In this document: positions 25,329 through 35,041 of the stretch, in pieces
How positions within the stretch are numbered: position 1 is the first letter of the stretch
How the letters are laid out: each line of letters starts with the position of its first letter
Source: an uncultured Christensenellaceae bacterium
Lineage (GTDB): Bacteria > Bacillota > Clostridia > Christensenellales > UMGS416
DNA: 64,000 bases
Assembly (NCBI GenBank): GCA_944376795.1
Contig: CALWDW010000006.1
Location: forward strand, 97,361 to 161,360
Direction: 5' to 3'
Program-made: the position numbers and the translations under genes
Notes under the pieces: generated by a model
What the model saw: the letters and a program-made list of their open reading frames with translations, nothing else
Told to the model about the DNA's origin: nothing
Database searches by the model: none

Positions 25329-26582
25329 CTATGCGTTAGGGTTCTCCGGCTCCCCCAAGGTAAGGGTCACCTGCTGGGTCTGGCCGTCACGCCAGATTTC
25401 CAGCTCCACCGTATCGCCCACCTGCTTATCATGCAGTACCTGGTTAATATCCACGATCCCCGTCACCTCATGGCCGTCAATGCCGGTGACGATGTCGTCC
25501 ACCTGCAGCCCGGCCTTCTCCGCACCGCTGCCGGCAGAGATCTCACTGACCAGGATGCCGGGAACCACGTCGTTGTACTGGGCCACTTCCTCGCTCACTT
25601 CCATACCGGTAATACCGATGGTAGGACGGCGCACATAGCCGTATTCCTTGAGGTCGCTGATCACCGTCATGGCTTCGCTGCTGGGAATGGCAAAGCCAAT
25701 GCCGTCCGCGTTGATGAGCATACCGGTGCTGTCAATGCCGGCATAGTTCTTCTTCAGGGTATTGATCCCGATAAGCTCGCCCTTGCCGTTGACCAGCGCG
25801 CCGCCGGAGTTGCCGGGGTTGATGGCCGCGTCAATCTGCAGCATATCCGAGGGCCAGTTGTTCATCACCACCTGCTGATCGGGCGAGCTGATAATCCCGG
25901 CCGTGCAGGAAAGGCATCCCTGCTCCAGATATCCCATGGTGATGGCCAGATCCCCCATCCGCAGCTGGGTTGAGTCCCCAAAGGCCAGGGCTGTCAGTCC
26001 GGTGGCCTCAATCTTGAGCAGAGCCAGGTCGGTCTTCTCATCGCTGCCCACCACCGTGGCATCGTACGCGGTTCCGTCGTACAGGGTAACCTTCAGCGCA
26101 GTCGCGTCCTCTACCACATGGTAGTTGGTAACAATGTACCCATCCTCTGAAATGATCACGCCGGAGCCAAAGCCCACCAGATCATCTTCTTCCGCTGCTT
26201 CCTGTTCCTCTGGATCGTTGGGGATGAAGCCCCCCCCTGGCTGTGTAGCGCCCTGGTAATTGAGCACATTGACCACAGCGTTCTTGGCATATGCAATGAT
26301 ATCGGCGGCATCGCCAAAGACATCGGTGTACGTCACGCCTTCCTCTTCGTCGGAAGGCACAGGATTGGCCTGGGAATCATCCAGCGCATCCGGCGCGGGG
26401 GTAGCTGCGCTCTGCTGGGTTGCCTCCGGCGTCTGGGCTGCGCCGTCCACCGTTTGGTCGCGCCGGCCGGTCACAGAGCTCCAAATCACGCCGCCCAGAA
26501 CGGCCGCCACCACCACCAAGGCAACCATGGCGAGAATCCTTCTGCCGCCGTTTCCCGTACTCCCGCTGGGATAGTAAGACAT
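25329..26582 (-). CDS. HtrA/DegP-family serine protease (trypsin-like plus PDZ), membrane anchored
   Basis: N-terminal TM helix, catalytic TNYHVV and NPGNSGGALV, and a C-terminal PDZ (GILVSEISAGSGAEKAGLQVDDIVTGIDG). ATG 26582 lies 8 nt after GGAGG. Confidence 0.9.
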   Translation of the reverse strand: MSYYPSGSTGNGGRRILAMVALVVVAAVLGGVIWSSVTGRRDQTVDGAAQTPEATQQSAATPAPDALDDSQANPVPSDEEEGVTYTDVFGDAADIIAYAKNAVVNVLNYQGATQPGGGFIPNDPEEQEAAEEDDLVGFGSGVIISEDGYIVTNYHVVEDATALKVTLYDGTAYDATVVGSDEKTDLALLKIEATGLTALAFGDSTQLRMGDLAITMGYLEQGCLSCTAGIISSPDQQVVMNNWPSDMLQIDAAINPGNSGGALVNGKGELIGINTLKKNYAGIDSTGMLINADGIGFAIPSSEAMTVISDLKEYGYVRRPTIGITGMEVSEEVAQYNDVVPGILVSEISAGSGAEKAGLQVDDIVTGIDGHEVTGIVDINQVLHDKQVGDTVELEIWRDGQTQQVTLTLGEPENPNA

Positions 26583-26661
26583 CAATAATTCCTCCCTTGC
26601 TTCGGCTTACCGCCATCTACTGTATACGGTAACACAAACTTTTGACCGTTTTGTGAATCGC

Positions 26662-28179
26662 CTATGAATCCCCGGTAACGCTTTCCTCGCCGCTCTCCAA
26701 AGCGGGATGGGCTTGGTTCTTTGACGCCTTCAGTTCCACCACAAAGGAGGTCCCCTTTCCCAACTGGCTTCGCACGGAGACCGAACCATTGTGCTGATCC
26801 ATGATCTTTTTCACAATGGCCAGCCCCAAACCCGTCCCCATTTTTCCTGTATGAGACTTGTCAACCTTATAGAACCGCTCAAAGATATAGGGGATATCTT
26901 CCTCCGGGATGCCGGTTCCGGTATCAGTTACGGAGATCATAGCCGTATCGCTGGCCGTATGCGTCCAAACCGTGATTTTCCCGCCCCCCGGGGTAAATTT
27001 GATGGCGTTATCCACCAAATTGATCACAACCTGCTCCATCCGGTCGGCATCGGCATCCACATAGCAATAGTCTTCCTTGAAATCCACCTCTATCTCGATG
27101 CCTTTTTCTTCCATCTTGTCCAAGAACCGGATCAGTACCCGCCGGATCAGCTCATTGATGTCAAAGCGCTTAATGTGCAGCGGGAAGTTCCCGGATTCGA
27201 TCTGGGAGAGATCCAGCAGTTCACGAATCAGCTTGGTCAATCGCTGTGTCTCGCTGTGGATGATCGTCAGGTACTTGCCGTGCTCCTCCTGGGGGATGGT
27301 GCCGTCCAGCATTCCCTGGGCAAACCCCTGCATAGAGGTCAAGGGGGAGCGCAGCTCGTGGGAGACATTGGCAATGAATCCGCTGCGCAGCTGTTCCTGC
27401 CGGCGGAGCTGCTCAGCCATTTGGTTAAACGCCTGCACCAAGTCGCCTACCTCGTCCTGGGATGTCACGGGCATCGGCTTATCAAAGCGATTCCGGGCGA
27501 TCTCTCCTGCGGCATCCCGCATGCGCCGCAGCGGCATGACAATTCGCCTAGCAATGCCGTAAATCAGTACAAACCCCACAAAGGCCGCCACCACGGCCAC
27601 CCGGGCCGCGGTCATGCTGACCATCTCATACACCGGCGCCATGGACTGCAGCTGTACATGGGTGATCACGGCGCCTACCACGGTATCCCCACTGTAAATG
27701 GGGACCCCCACGGTCATCATCGGGGTGGTAAAAATTCCGTCCAGCGTACCCTCCATGATCACCGTCTCCCCGTCAAAAATCTTGTTAAACAGATAACGGG
27801 ACTTGGCGCCGACCTGCAGCGTACCGTTCTGGACGCGGTTATTGTCGTCTTCCGCTTCTCCCAATGTGACCTGGACAACATTATTAAAGCCATCAGCCAG
27901 CCATATGACTGACTTATACTGCCGGGCGGCATTGTTCAGCACAGCACGGAAATTGGCGTTAAGCCGGATGCTGTAAAGAAAGTCTTCACCCAAGGACACC
28001 ATGGGAATCTCCGACGCGCTGTTTGCCAGGTTCTGGGTATAGATCACCATGTCCTGCTGCTGGCGGTCGCGCAGATTCTCTTGGTAAATAGCGCTCAGCA
28101 ATGCGCTCTGTACCAGGAGCGTAATAACCAAAATGGTAAAAAAGACCACCAACAGCCGGGTGAATACCGACCGGAACAT
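26662..28179 (-). CDS. Sensor histidine kinase (TM, extracytoplasmic loop, TM, HAMP, HisKA, HATPase_c)
   Basis: H-box SHELRSPLT, N-box DNAIKFT and G-boxes DTGTGI / GTGLGLAI. Two TM segments flank a loop of about 150 aa. Confidence 0.9.
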   Translation of the reverse strand: MFRSVFTRLLVVFFTILVITLLVQSALLSAIYQENLRDRQQQDMVIYTQNLANSASEIPMVSLGEDFLYSIRLNANFRAVLNNAARQYKSVIWLADGFNNVVQVTLGEAEDDNNRVQNGTLQVGAKSRYLFNKIFDGETVIMEGTLDGIFTTPMMTVGVPIYSGDTVVGAVITHVQLQSMAPVYEMVSMTAARVAVVAAFVGFVLIYGIARRIVMPLRRMRDAAGEIARNRFDKPMPVTSQDEVGDLVQAFNQMAEQLRRQEQLRSGFIANVSHELRSPLTSMQGFAQGMLDGTIPQEEHGKYLTIIHSETQRLTKLIRELLDLSQIESGNFPLHIKRFDINELIRRVLIRFLDKMEEKGIEIEVDFKEDYCYVDADADRMEQVVINLVDNAIKFTPGGGKITVWTHTASDTAMISVTDTGTGIPEEDIPYIFERFYKVDKSHTGKMGTGLGLAIVKKIMDQHNGSVSVRSQLGKGTSFVVELKASKNQAHPALESGEESVTGDS

Positions 28180-28185
28180 TATGCG

Positions 28186-28896
28186 TCACCTCGAGACCTC
28201 AAACTTGTACCCGACACCCCAAACGGTCTTGATCCGCCACGGCACATCGGCATCCACAGGCAGCTTCTCTCGCAGCCGCTTGATGTGGACGTCCACCGTC
28301 CGAGAATCGCCATAGTAGTCAAAGTCCCACACCTGTTCCAGCAGCTGCTCCCGCGTGTAGACCCGCCCGGGATGGCTGGCCAGGAAGTAGAGAAGCTCCA
28401 TTTCCTTGGGGGGCAGTTCCATCTTCTTGCCAAAGTAGGTAATGGTAAAGTCGGTCATATTGATGGTGAGGTTCTCGAACTCCAGTATTTTTTGATCGTC
28501 GTCCCCCTCCTGGCCGACCGGGGTCTGCGCCCGGCGGAGAATGGCCTTGACCCGGGCGATCAGTTCCTTGGGTTCAAAGGGCTTGGTCATATAGTCGTCC
28601 GCCCCCAGTTCCAGGCCCAGCACCTTATCAAACGTCTCGTCCTTGGCTGTAAGCATCAGGATGGGCGTATTCTCGGTCTTGCGCACCTGGCGGCAGACTT
28701 CCCATCCATCCATGCCAGGCAGCATAATATCCAGGACAATCAGAGCGGGCTTCACTGACTGCACCATCTTAAGGCCCTGATCGCCGCGGTAGGCACACTC
28801 TACCTGATAATTCTCCTTCTCCAAATACAGCCGCACCAGCTGGCAGATATTCGGATCGTCATCGATTACAAGGATCTTCGTACGTTCCTCAGGCAT
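28186..28896 (-). CDS. OmpR-family response regulator
   Basis: Receiver domain ILVIDDD...LDIMLPGMDG...LTAK and winged-helix output (LPPKEMELLYFLASHPGRVYTREQLL...WGVGYKF). Confidence 0.9.
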   Translation of the reverse strand: MPEERTKILVIDDDPNICQLVRLYLEKENYQVECAYRGDQGLKMVQSVKPALIVLDIMLPGMDGWEVCRQVRKTENTPILMLTAKDETFDKVLGLELGADDYMTKPFEPKELIARVKAILRRAQTPVGQEGDDDQKILEFENLTINMTDFTITYFGKKMELPPKEMELLYFLASHPGRVYTREQLLEQVWDFDYYGDSRTVDVHIKRLREKLPVDADVPWRIKTVWGVGYKFEVSR

Positions 28897-28982
28897 GCCT
28901 CCACCTCCTATCCCTTTCTATATCCTTATTATACCCAAAATGCCTCCCCAGGCAAATGAACGAACTGTAACAGTTTCCCCCC

Positions 28983-29023
28983 AACAAAAGCAAACCGCCC
29001 CGGTACAGCACCGAAGGGCGGTT
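28983..29023 (-). terminator. Candidate terminator after xylB
   Basis: The minus strand reads AACCGCCC, a 15-nt loop, GGGCGGTT, then TGCTTTTGTT. Confidence 0.4.
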
Positions 29024-29115
29024 CCCATGGCAGGATACGGCATACCGGTCCGCAGCAGATGTGCGGATGATGCCCGAGCAAAACCCGCTTTCCGGCTTTT
29101 TTCGAATTCGTCCGG

Positions 29116-30645
29116 TTACCCTAAGATCCGCGCCACTGCGTCATAGCTGGGCTTCAGCGCCGGATACAGCGCCCGGTAAATGACGTCATACTGCATATAA
29201 ATCTCCCGATCGGCCACGCAGGGCGTCTGCGGCGCCGATACCGTAATTACCGCGTCGCAGGCCTCCTGCACGCTGGCGTAGGCCCCAACGCCCACGCCCG
29301 CCAGCAGCGCCACACCCAGAGCGCCCGCCTCCGGCGACTTGGCCGTCACAACCCGGGAGCCAAACATATCGGCCTGCATCTGCCGCCACAGGGGGCTCCG
29401 TCCACCGCCGCCGCCGGCGCGGATCTCGTCCAGGCCCACGCCCATCTCCCGCATGATGGATACGCTGTCCAGGAGGGCATGGGTAACCCCCTCCATTACA
29501 GCGCGGATAAAGTGCCGGCGGGTATGCGCGCCGGAAATTCCAAAGAAAACACCCTTGGCTACCGGATCCAAGTGCGGCGAACGCTCTCCCATCAGGTAGG
29601 GCAGATACAGGAGGCCGCTGCAGCCGGGCTCCACCTGGGCAGCCTCGCGGCTCATAATGTCATAAGGATCACAGCCCTCCGCCTGGGCCTGGGCCACCTC
29701 CGGGGCACAGAACTCATCGCGGAACCACCGCAGCGACAGCCCTGCCGACTGCACCACGCCCATGACATGCCAAGCGCCGGGCACGGCATGGCAGAGGGTG
29801 TGAATTCTTCCCAGGGGATCGATATCCGGCCGGTCACTGTGGGCAAAAACCACGCCGGATGTTCCGATGGTGGAAAAGGCCACACCCGGCCGGACCACGC
29901 CGGTTCCCACAGCGCCCGCGGCATTGTCCCCGCCGCCGCCGGCAACGGGCATACCTTCCCACAGCCCGGTGGCCTCGGCGGCCTTTGCCGTCAGCTTTCC
30001 CGAAATCTCGTAGGATTCATATACGTCGGGCATCCATGCATAGGGAATTTCCAGTTTATCCAGCACCTCCCGGGACCAGGTGCGCGCCGGCACGTCCAGC
30101 AGCTGCATACCGCTGGCATCGCTGACCTCGGTAGCGTACTCGCCGGTCAGCCGCAGCCGCACATAGTCCTTGGGAAGCAGCACCTTGCGCGTACGCGCAA
30201 AAATCTCCGGCTGGTTATTCTTTACCCAGAGGATCTTGGAGGCGGTAAAGCCCGTCAGAGCGGGATTGGCTGTAATCTCAATGAGCCGTTCCCGGCCAAT
30301 CTTCTCCTCCATCTCCTGGCACTCCCGGCCGGTACGCTGGTCGCACCAAATGATGGCGGGCCGGAGCACCCGGTCGGCTTCATCCAGCAGCACCATGCCG
30401 TGCATCTGTCCCGAAAGCCCCATGCCCAGAATATCCCGGGGCTTGACGCCGCTCTTTTTCACCGTCTCCTCCACGGTGGCAAAGGCGGCCCTCACCCAAT
30501 CCTCCGGATCCTGTTCCGCCCAGCCGATGCGAGGCTGTGCCATCGGGTACTCCCGGCTGGCCGAACAAACCGCGTGACCCTCCAAATCAAAGAGCACGGT
30601 TTTCGTTCCCGACGTACCGATATCAATTCCCAACAAATAGCCCAT
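29116..30645 (-). CDS. xylB: Xylulokinase (FGGY family)
   Basis: GIDIGTSGTKTVLF, WAEQDPEDW, GLSGQMHGMVLLD and a C-terminal GGGGRSPLWRQMQADMFG, typical of XylB. Confidence 0.8.
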   Translation of the reverse strand: MGYLLGIDIGTSGTKTVLFDLEGHAVCSASREYPMAQPRIGWAEQDPEDWVRAAFATVEETVKKSGVKPRDILGMGLSGQMHGMVLLDEADRVLRPAIIWCDQRTGRECQEMEEKIGRERLIEITANPALTGFTASKILWVKNNQPEIFARTRKVLLPKDYVRLRLTGEYATEVSDASGMQLLDVPARTWSREVLDKLEIPYAWMPDVYESYEISGKLTAKAAEATGLWEGMPVAGGGGDNAAGAVGTGVVRPGVAFSTIGTSGVVFAHSDRPDIDPLGRIHTLCHAVPGAWHVMGVVQSAGLSLRWFRDEFCAPEVAQAQAEGCDPYDIMSREAAQVEPGCSGLLYLPYLMGERSPHLDPVAKGVFFGISGAHTRRHFIRAVMEGVTHALLDSVSIMREMGVGLDEIRAGGGGGRSPLWRQMQADMFGSRVVTAKSPEAGALGVALLAGVGVGAYASVQEACDAVITVSAPQTPCVADREIYMQYDVIYRALYPALKPSYDAVARILG

Positions 30646-30665
30646 GGCTTTCTCCTCCTCCTGGC

Positions 30666-31118
30666 CTAATTGATTGTATCCCGATCCATGGGGAGCACCT
30701 GAATCCCCCGCTGCGCCAGGTACTCCGCCGCGATCCCCCGTCCTGGCACCAGGCGGCGGGAAAAGGTCCCGTCATAGACCGCCTCCACCCCGCAGGAAGG
30801 ACTTTTGGTTTTCAGATAGACCTGCTGGACGCCGTGCCGAAGGCAAAGCGCATAGGCGCGTTCCGCGCCCCGGATAAATTCCCGGGTTACGTCCTGCCCG
30901 TCTTGGGTCATGACGCGGGCCTTCCCCTCCAGCACGTCCCGCGCCGTCCCGCCCACAATTTCAGCCGGAGCATGGGGACGCACCATCCCCCCCAATACTT
31001 CCGGGCAGAATGGCAGCGCCTCTCCCCGCTCCACCATCGCGCAGGCCTCCCGGGAAGGTTGGCTCTTTCCATCATAGCGGCACTTCACGCCGCAAAGACA
31101 ACCGCTGATCAGTATCAC
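30666..31118 (-). CDS. DUF523-family protein (TudS/YbbK-like)
   Basis: N-terminus ILISGCLCGVKCRYDG and a later SPSCG, the characteristic DUF523 cysteine pattern. GTG start 5 nt after GGAGG. Confidence 0.8.
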   Translation of the reverse strand: MILISGCLCGVKCRYDGKSQPSREACAMVERGEALPFCPEVLGGMVRPHAPAEIVGGTARDVLEGKARVMTQDGQDVTREFIRGAERAYALCLRHGVQQVYLKTKSPSCGVEAVYDGTFSRRLVPGRGIAAEYLAQRGIQVLPMDRDTIN

Positions 31119-31128
31119 GGCAACCTCC

Positions 31129-33504
31129 TTACTTGAGCCGGACGATGGTCACGCCGGTCTCCCCCTCGCCGTATTTGCCAATGCGGAATTCCTTGACATG
31201 CCGGTGCTTGCGCAGCATGCGGGTAATGGCCTCCCGCAGGATCCCAGTTCCCTTGCCATGAATGATGGACACCTCGCTGACCCCGCTGAGGAACGCGTCG
31301 TCCAGGTACTTGTCGGCCGCCATAACCCCTTCCTCTGCAGAAAGGCCGCGAATATCCAGCTCCAGCGGGACGGTATTGACCCGCAGCACCGAGGTACGGT
31401 TTTCGGCCCTCTCCGCCCTTTTGGCCTCCTTCCGCTCCTCCTTGGTCAGCGCCCGCAGGCTGGAAAGCTTGGCGGACATCTTCATGGGCCCCACCTGGAC
31501 GGCCACCATCCCCTTGGCATCCGCCGGGGAGATTACCACGGCCTGCTGGCCGATGCCGGTGATATAGACCCGGTCCCCGGCTTGGACGGTGGTAACCTTC
31601 TCCCCCATCTCACCGGCGTTCTCCAGGGCATCGTCCTCCATCAGAGAACGCTCCTTCTCCCGGAGATTGTCCCGCACCTGCTGGATGCCCCGGTCAATCT
31701 CGGCGGACATGGCGCTCTGCTTCAGGGCCTTCAGCTGCCCGATCAGCTCATCGGCTTCGGCCTTGGCCCGGCGAATCGTCCTGCGGGCGTCTTCCTTGGC
31801 CTCCTGGACGATCTTGGTGCGCTGCTCTTCCAGCCGGCGGCGCTCCTTTTCCACCTGACGCTTGAGGTCCTCCATCTCTCGGGCTGCCTGCTCGGCTACC
31901 AGGCGTTCCTTTTCGGCCAGCTGGCGGTGGTACTCCGCGTTCTGTATGACATCCTCAAAACGGATCTGTTCCTTGGAAAGGTAGTCCTTTGCTCGGTCAA
32001 TGACCGCAGGATCCAGTCCCAGCTTCCGCGAAATCTCAAAGGCGTTGCTCTTCCCCGGAATGCCAATGGAGAGGCGATAGGTGGGCCGCAGGGACTCCAC
32101 ATCAAACTCCACCGAGGCATTCTCCACCCCCTCCGTGGAAAGAGCGTAGGCCTTTAGTTCCGAATAGTGGGTGGTCGCCGCCACCGAAGCGCCTACCGCC
32201 TTGAGTCGCTCCAGGATAGAGATAGCCAGCGCCGCCCCTTCGGTGGGATCGGTGCCCGCGCCCAGCTCATCCAGCAGCACCAAGGATTGGCTGTCCACTT
32301 CGGCCATGATTCGCACGATGTTAACCATGTGGCTGGAGAAGGTGGATAGGCTCTGTTCGATGGACTGTTCATCGCCAATATCGGCAAACAGCCGCTGGTA
32401 TACCGGGAAGGTGCATCCCTCATCCCCCGGCACGTGCAGGCCCGACTGGGCCATCATGGCAAACAGGCCGCAGGTCTTCAGCGTTACCGTCTTGCCCCCG
32501 GTATTGGGACCGGTGACAATGAGGGAGGTAAACGCGCCGCCCAGCTGCAGATCGATGGGCACCACCTTTTTCGGGTCGATCAGCGGATGGCGGCCCCGCA
32601 CGATGCGCAGTTCCCCCTCGGGAAGAATCGTGGGCGGAGAGGCATGGGTATTGCTGCTGAGCTTGGCCTTGGCAAAAATGAAATCCAACTGCGCCATGGT
32701 CTCTACAGCCTGCAGAATCTCAGCGGCATTGCGGCCAATCTGGGCCGTCAGTTCCAGAAGGATGCGATGGATCTCCTCCCGCTCCCGTCCCAGCAGCTCC
32801 TTGAGCTCGTTATTGATCTCCACCACGGCCATGGGCTCCACAAAGAGGGTGGCTCCGCTGCCCGACTGGTCGTGCACCAAGCCGGGAATCTGCGCCCGGA
32901 ACTCCTGGCGCACCGGCACCACATACCGGTCGTTGCGCATGGTGATGATAGGATCCTGCAAATACTTGGCCATCTCCGGGGAATGAATCATCCGGTTCAT
33001 CCGATCGCGGATCCTGGCATGGCAGGAACGGATGTCCCGCCGGATACGGTACAGGTCAGGAGAGGCATTGTCTGCGACCTCCTCCTCTGAGACGATACAC
33101 CGAGCAATTTCCTCTTCGGTTCCCCGCAGCGACACCAGGCTCAGTGCATAGCCATAGAGCAGGCTGGTGGGGTCTCCGCCCTCCTCAAGGGCACGGCGCA
33201 GGGTCCTGGACTGGCTAAGTACCCGTCCTACCGCTAAAATCTGGGGAATCATCAGCGCCGCCCCCAGGCGGGAGCGATCCAAGGCGTCCCGGATATCATC
33301 AAAGGGATGCACCGGGCTGACGCCCACCTTTGTCAGGTATTCCCATGCCTCGGTGGTCTCCCGCTGCCACCGGGTGATTTCGATCATAAAGGTGCTGGGG
33401 ACCAAGCCGCGCGCCAGTTCTTCCCCCATGGGAGACACGCATTCGCCGGCCAGCAGCTCCCGGATTTTATCAAATTCCAGGACGCGTATTGTCCGATCGT
33501 CCAT
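31129..33504 (-). CDS. mutS2: Endonuclease MutS2 (MutS ATPase plus C-terminal Smr domain)
   Basis: Walker A GPNTGGKT, DELGAGTDP, a long coiled-coil region, and a C-terminal Smr domain (LDIRGLSAEEG...IHGKGTGILR). Confidence 0.95.
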   Translation of the reverse strand: MDDRTIRVLEFDKIRELLAGECVSPMGEELARGLVPSTFMIEITRWQRETTEAWEYLTKVGVSPVHPFDDIRDALDRSRLGAALMIPQILAVGRVLSQSRTLRRALEEGGDPTSLLYGYALSLVSLRGTEEEIARCIVSEEEVADNASPDLYRIRRDIRSCHARIRDRMNRMIHSPEMAKYLQDPIITMRNDRYVVPVRQEFRAQIPGLVHDQSGSGATLFVEPMAVVEINNELKELLGREREEIHRILLELTAQIGRNAAEILQAVETMAQLDFIFAKAKLSSNTHASPPTILPEGELRIVRGRHPLIDPKKVVPIDLQLGGAFTSLIVTGPNTGGKTVTLKTCGLFAMMAQSGLHVPGDEGCTFPVYQRLFADIGDEQSIEQSLSTFSSHMVNIVRIMAEVDSQSLVLLDELGAGTDPTEGAALAISILERLKAVGASVAATTHYSELKAYALSTEGVENASVEFDVESLRPTYRLSIGIPGKSNAFEISRKLGLDPAVIDRAKDYLSKEQIRFEDVIQNAEYHRQLAEKERLVAEQAAREMEDLKRQVEKERRRLEEQRTKIVQEAKEDARRTIRRAKAEADELIGQLKALKQSAMSAEIDRGIQQVRDNLREKERSLMEDDALENAGEMGEKVTTVQAGDRVYITGIGQQAVVISPADAKGMVAVQVGPMKMSAKLSSLRALTKEERKEAKRAERAENRTSVLRVNTVPLELDIRGLSAEEGVMAADKYLDDAFLSGVSEVSIIHGKGTGILREAITRMLRKHRHVKEFRIGKYGEGETGVTIVRLK

Positions 33505-33520
33505 ATTCGATTCCTTTCAT

Positions 33521-33547
33521 ATAAAAGAGAAGACGCGCCGCCTTCTC
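33521..33547 (-). terminator. Weak candidate terminator between zapA and mutS2
   Basis: The minus strand reads GAGAAG, a 9-nt loop, CTTCTC, then TTTTAT. Confidence 0.35.
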
Positions 33548-33603
33548 CTCGACTGTCCTAAGCTATACCCGTCTTCCGGGGAAACCGGCAAGCAGCCGGC
33601 AGG

Positions 33604-33990
33604 CTAGTATTTTTTCCGCGGTTTTTTCCCCACGCCAGATACGGGCATGGCACTGCTTCCCACATAGGGCGCGGCCGCCGGCATATCCACTGCCTCGTCA
33701 TCTTCCTGGGCGGCCTCTTCCCCGTCCCGCTGGGCCTCCAGCTCGGCCAGAGCCTTGGCCAGGCGCGCGCAGCGCTCCCGCTCCTTAAAGAGTTCATCGG
33801 TCAAATTCAGCGCCGCCAATACCGTGATCATGTCCATATTGAAGTGCAGCTGGATCTGCTTGAGCTCGTCAATCTTTCTGTCCAGATAGATTGCCACACT
33901 GTGCATATACTCCTCGGATTCCTCGCCGCTCATGACGTAGGACTTCCCTGCGATATACACGGTTGTTGTATTCTTGTGCCGCTCATTCAT
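33604..33990 (-). CDS. zapA: Cell division protein ZapA
   Basis: VYIAGKSYVMSGEESEEYMHSVAIYLDRKIDEL...MITVLAALNLTDELF is the typical ZapA core followed by a coiled coil. The start is either ATG 33990 or GTG 33999. Confidence 0.8.
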   Translation of the reverse strand: MNERHKNTTTVYIAGKSYVMSGEESEEYMHSVAIYLDRKIDELKQIQLHFNMDMITVLAALNLTDELFKERERCARLAKALAELEAQRDGEEAAQEDDEAVDMPAAAPYVGSSAMPVSGVGKKPRKKY

Positions 33991-34091
33991 ACCCTTCACC
34001 GTCCTTCGTCCGTGCTATATCCCGCCCCGTATCCGGCGGCGCTGTCATGGTCATGGTTTTATTGTACACGATTCCGCTTCGTGGTGCAACA

Positions 34092-34898
34092 TCAAAAGGC
34101 CGCAGGGGATGGGGATTCCATGGCCGCCAAGAGGCCGCAGACCCGCAGTCGCTCCGGATCCACGGCATCCCGGCCATAGGCATCCAAGAACACTGCCCCC
34201 CAGTCCCCCGGTCCAAGATTGTAGTCCAGTGTCCAAAGGCCCCAGGCCAGGTCATAGTGCCGGTCCCCCAAGCCCCCCTCGGCCATATCGATAAAGCCTG
34301 TGCATTGCCAGTCCCGCAGCAGGATATTGGGCAGGCATGCGTCTCCATGGATCAACGTATGGTTCTCCAAGCATCCGCGTCCCGCCGCAATCTCCGCCGG
34401 AGCATGGGCGGCATTGGCCGCTCCGATATAGCGCGCGATGCGGTCCAGATGCGCCTGGCTGAAAGAGGAAGCCGAAGCCATTGCCGACAGCTCCTCCATT
34501 CTGTCCCGGACCGGGCAGTCGGCCGCGTCGGTTTCGTGCAGTTGCCGCAGCGCCGCGCCAAATACCGTACACAGCCGCTCCGGATCGGCCAGGCACCGCG
34601 GGGACGTGCCGTCCTCCCCGGGCAGCGCCGCCGTAACCATCCAATCCTGCGCCCCGGAAACATAGAGCACCACCGGAGAAGACAGCCCATGCTCCGCAAA
34701 ATACGCCTGCATCCTCCATGCCCTTTCCAAAGACCCAGAGGGTGCGGTTTTAAGGTACATGCCGCCGTCCCGCGGGAAGTAAAACGTCTGCGCTCCCGAG
34801 CACCCATGGTTTTCCCGAAGGGGAACGCCATCGATCAGCCGCCGAACCTCCTCCGGCAGATCCGCAACCAAGAAAACGCCGCGCTTTTCCGCATCCAT
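34092..34898 (-). CDS. Aminoglycoside 3'-phosphotransferase-like kinase (APH family)
   Basis: At 268 aa it is the size of an APH(3'). Catalytic loop HGDACLPNILL, then GFIDMAEGGLGDRHYDLAW (compare APH(3')-IIIa HGDLGDSNIF...GFIDLGRSGRADKWYDIAF). ATG 34898 lies 9 nt after AAGGAG. Confidence 0.8.
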   Translation of the reverse strand: MDAEKRGVFLVADLPEEVRRLIDGVPLRENHGCSGAQTFYFPRDGGMYLKTAPSGSLERAWRMQAYFAEHGLSSPVVLYVSGAQDWMVTAALPGEDGTSPRCLADPERLCTVFGAALRQLHETDAADCPVRDRMEELSAMASASSFSQAHLDRIARYIGAANAAHAPAEIAAGRGCLENHTLIHGDACLPNILLRDWQCTGFIDMAEGGLGDRHYDLAWGLWTLDYNLGPGDWGAVFLDAYGRDAVDPERLRVCGLLAAMESPSPAAF

Positions 34899-34928
34899 TT
34901 CTGTGTCTCCTTCCTTGGATTGAGGTTC

Positions 34929-34957
34929 ATTATACCGTACCCCAGTATTTTTGACAA
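34929..34957 (-). promoter_or_regulatory. Near-consensus sigma-A promoter (TTGTCA, 17 nt spacer, TATAAT) for the APH-like gene
   Basis: On the minus strand TTGTCA is at 34957..34952 and TATAAT at 34934..34929, with an exact 17-nt spacer. Confidence 0.55.
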
Positions 34958-34962
34958 GGCAA

Positions 34963-35001
34963 AGGGCGTGTCCAGCCGCCACCTGCGGCTGGACACGCCC
35001 T
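34963..35001 (-). terminator. Strong hairpin terminator after pheT
   Basis: A perfect 17-bp stem AGGGCGTGTCCAGCCGC / GCGGCTGGACACGCCCT with a 5-nt loop. The tail TTGCCTTGT is only moderately U-rich. Confidence 0.6.
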
Positions 35002-35041
35002 CTGGTCCTTTACCTTCTGCTTTCTTTATGCTGCCGTACCA

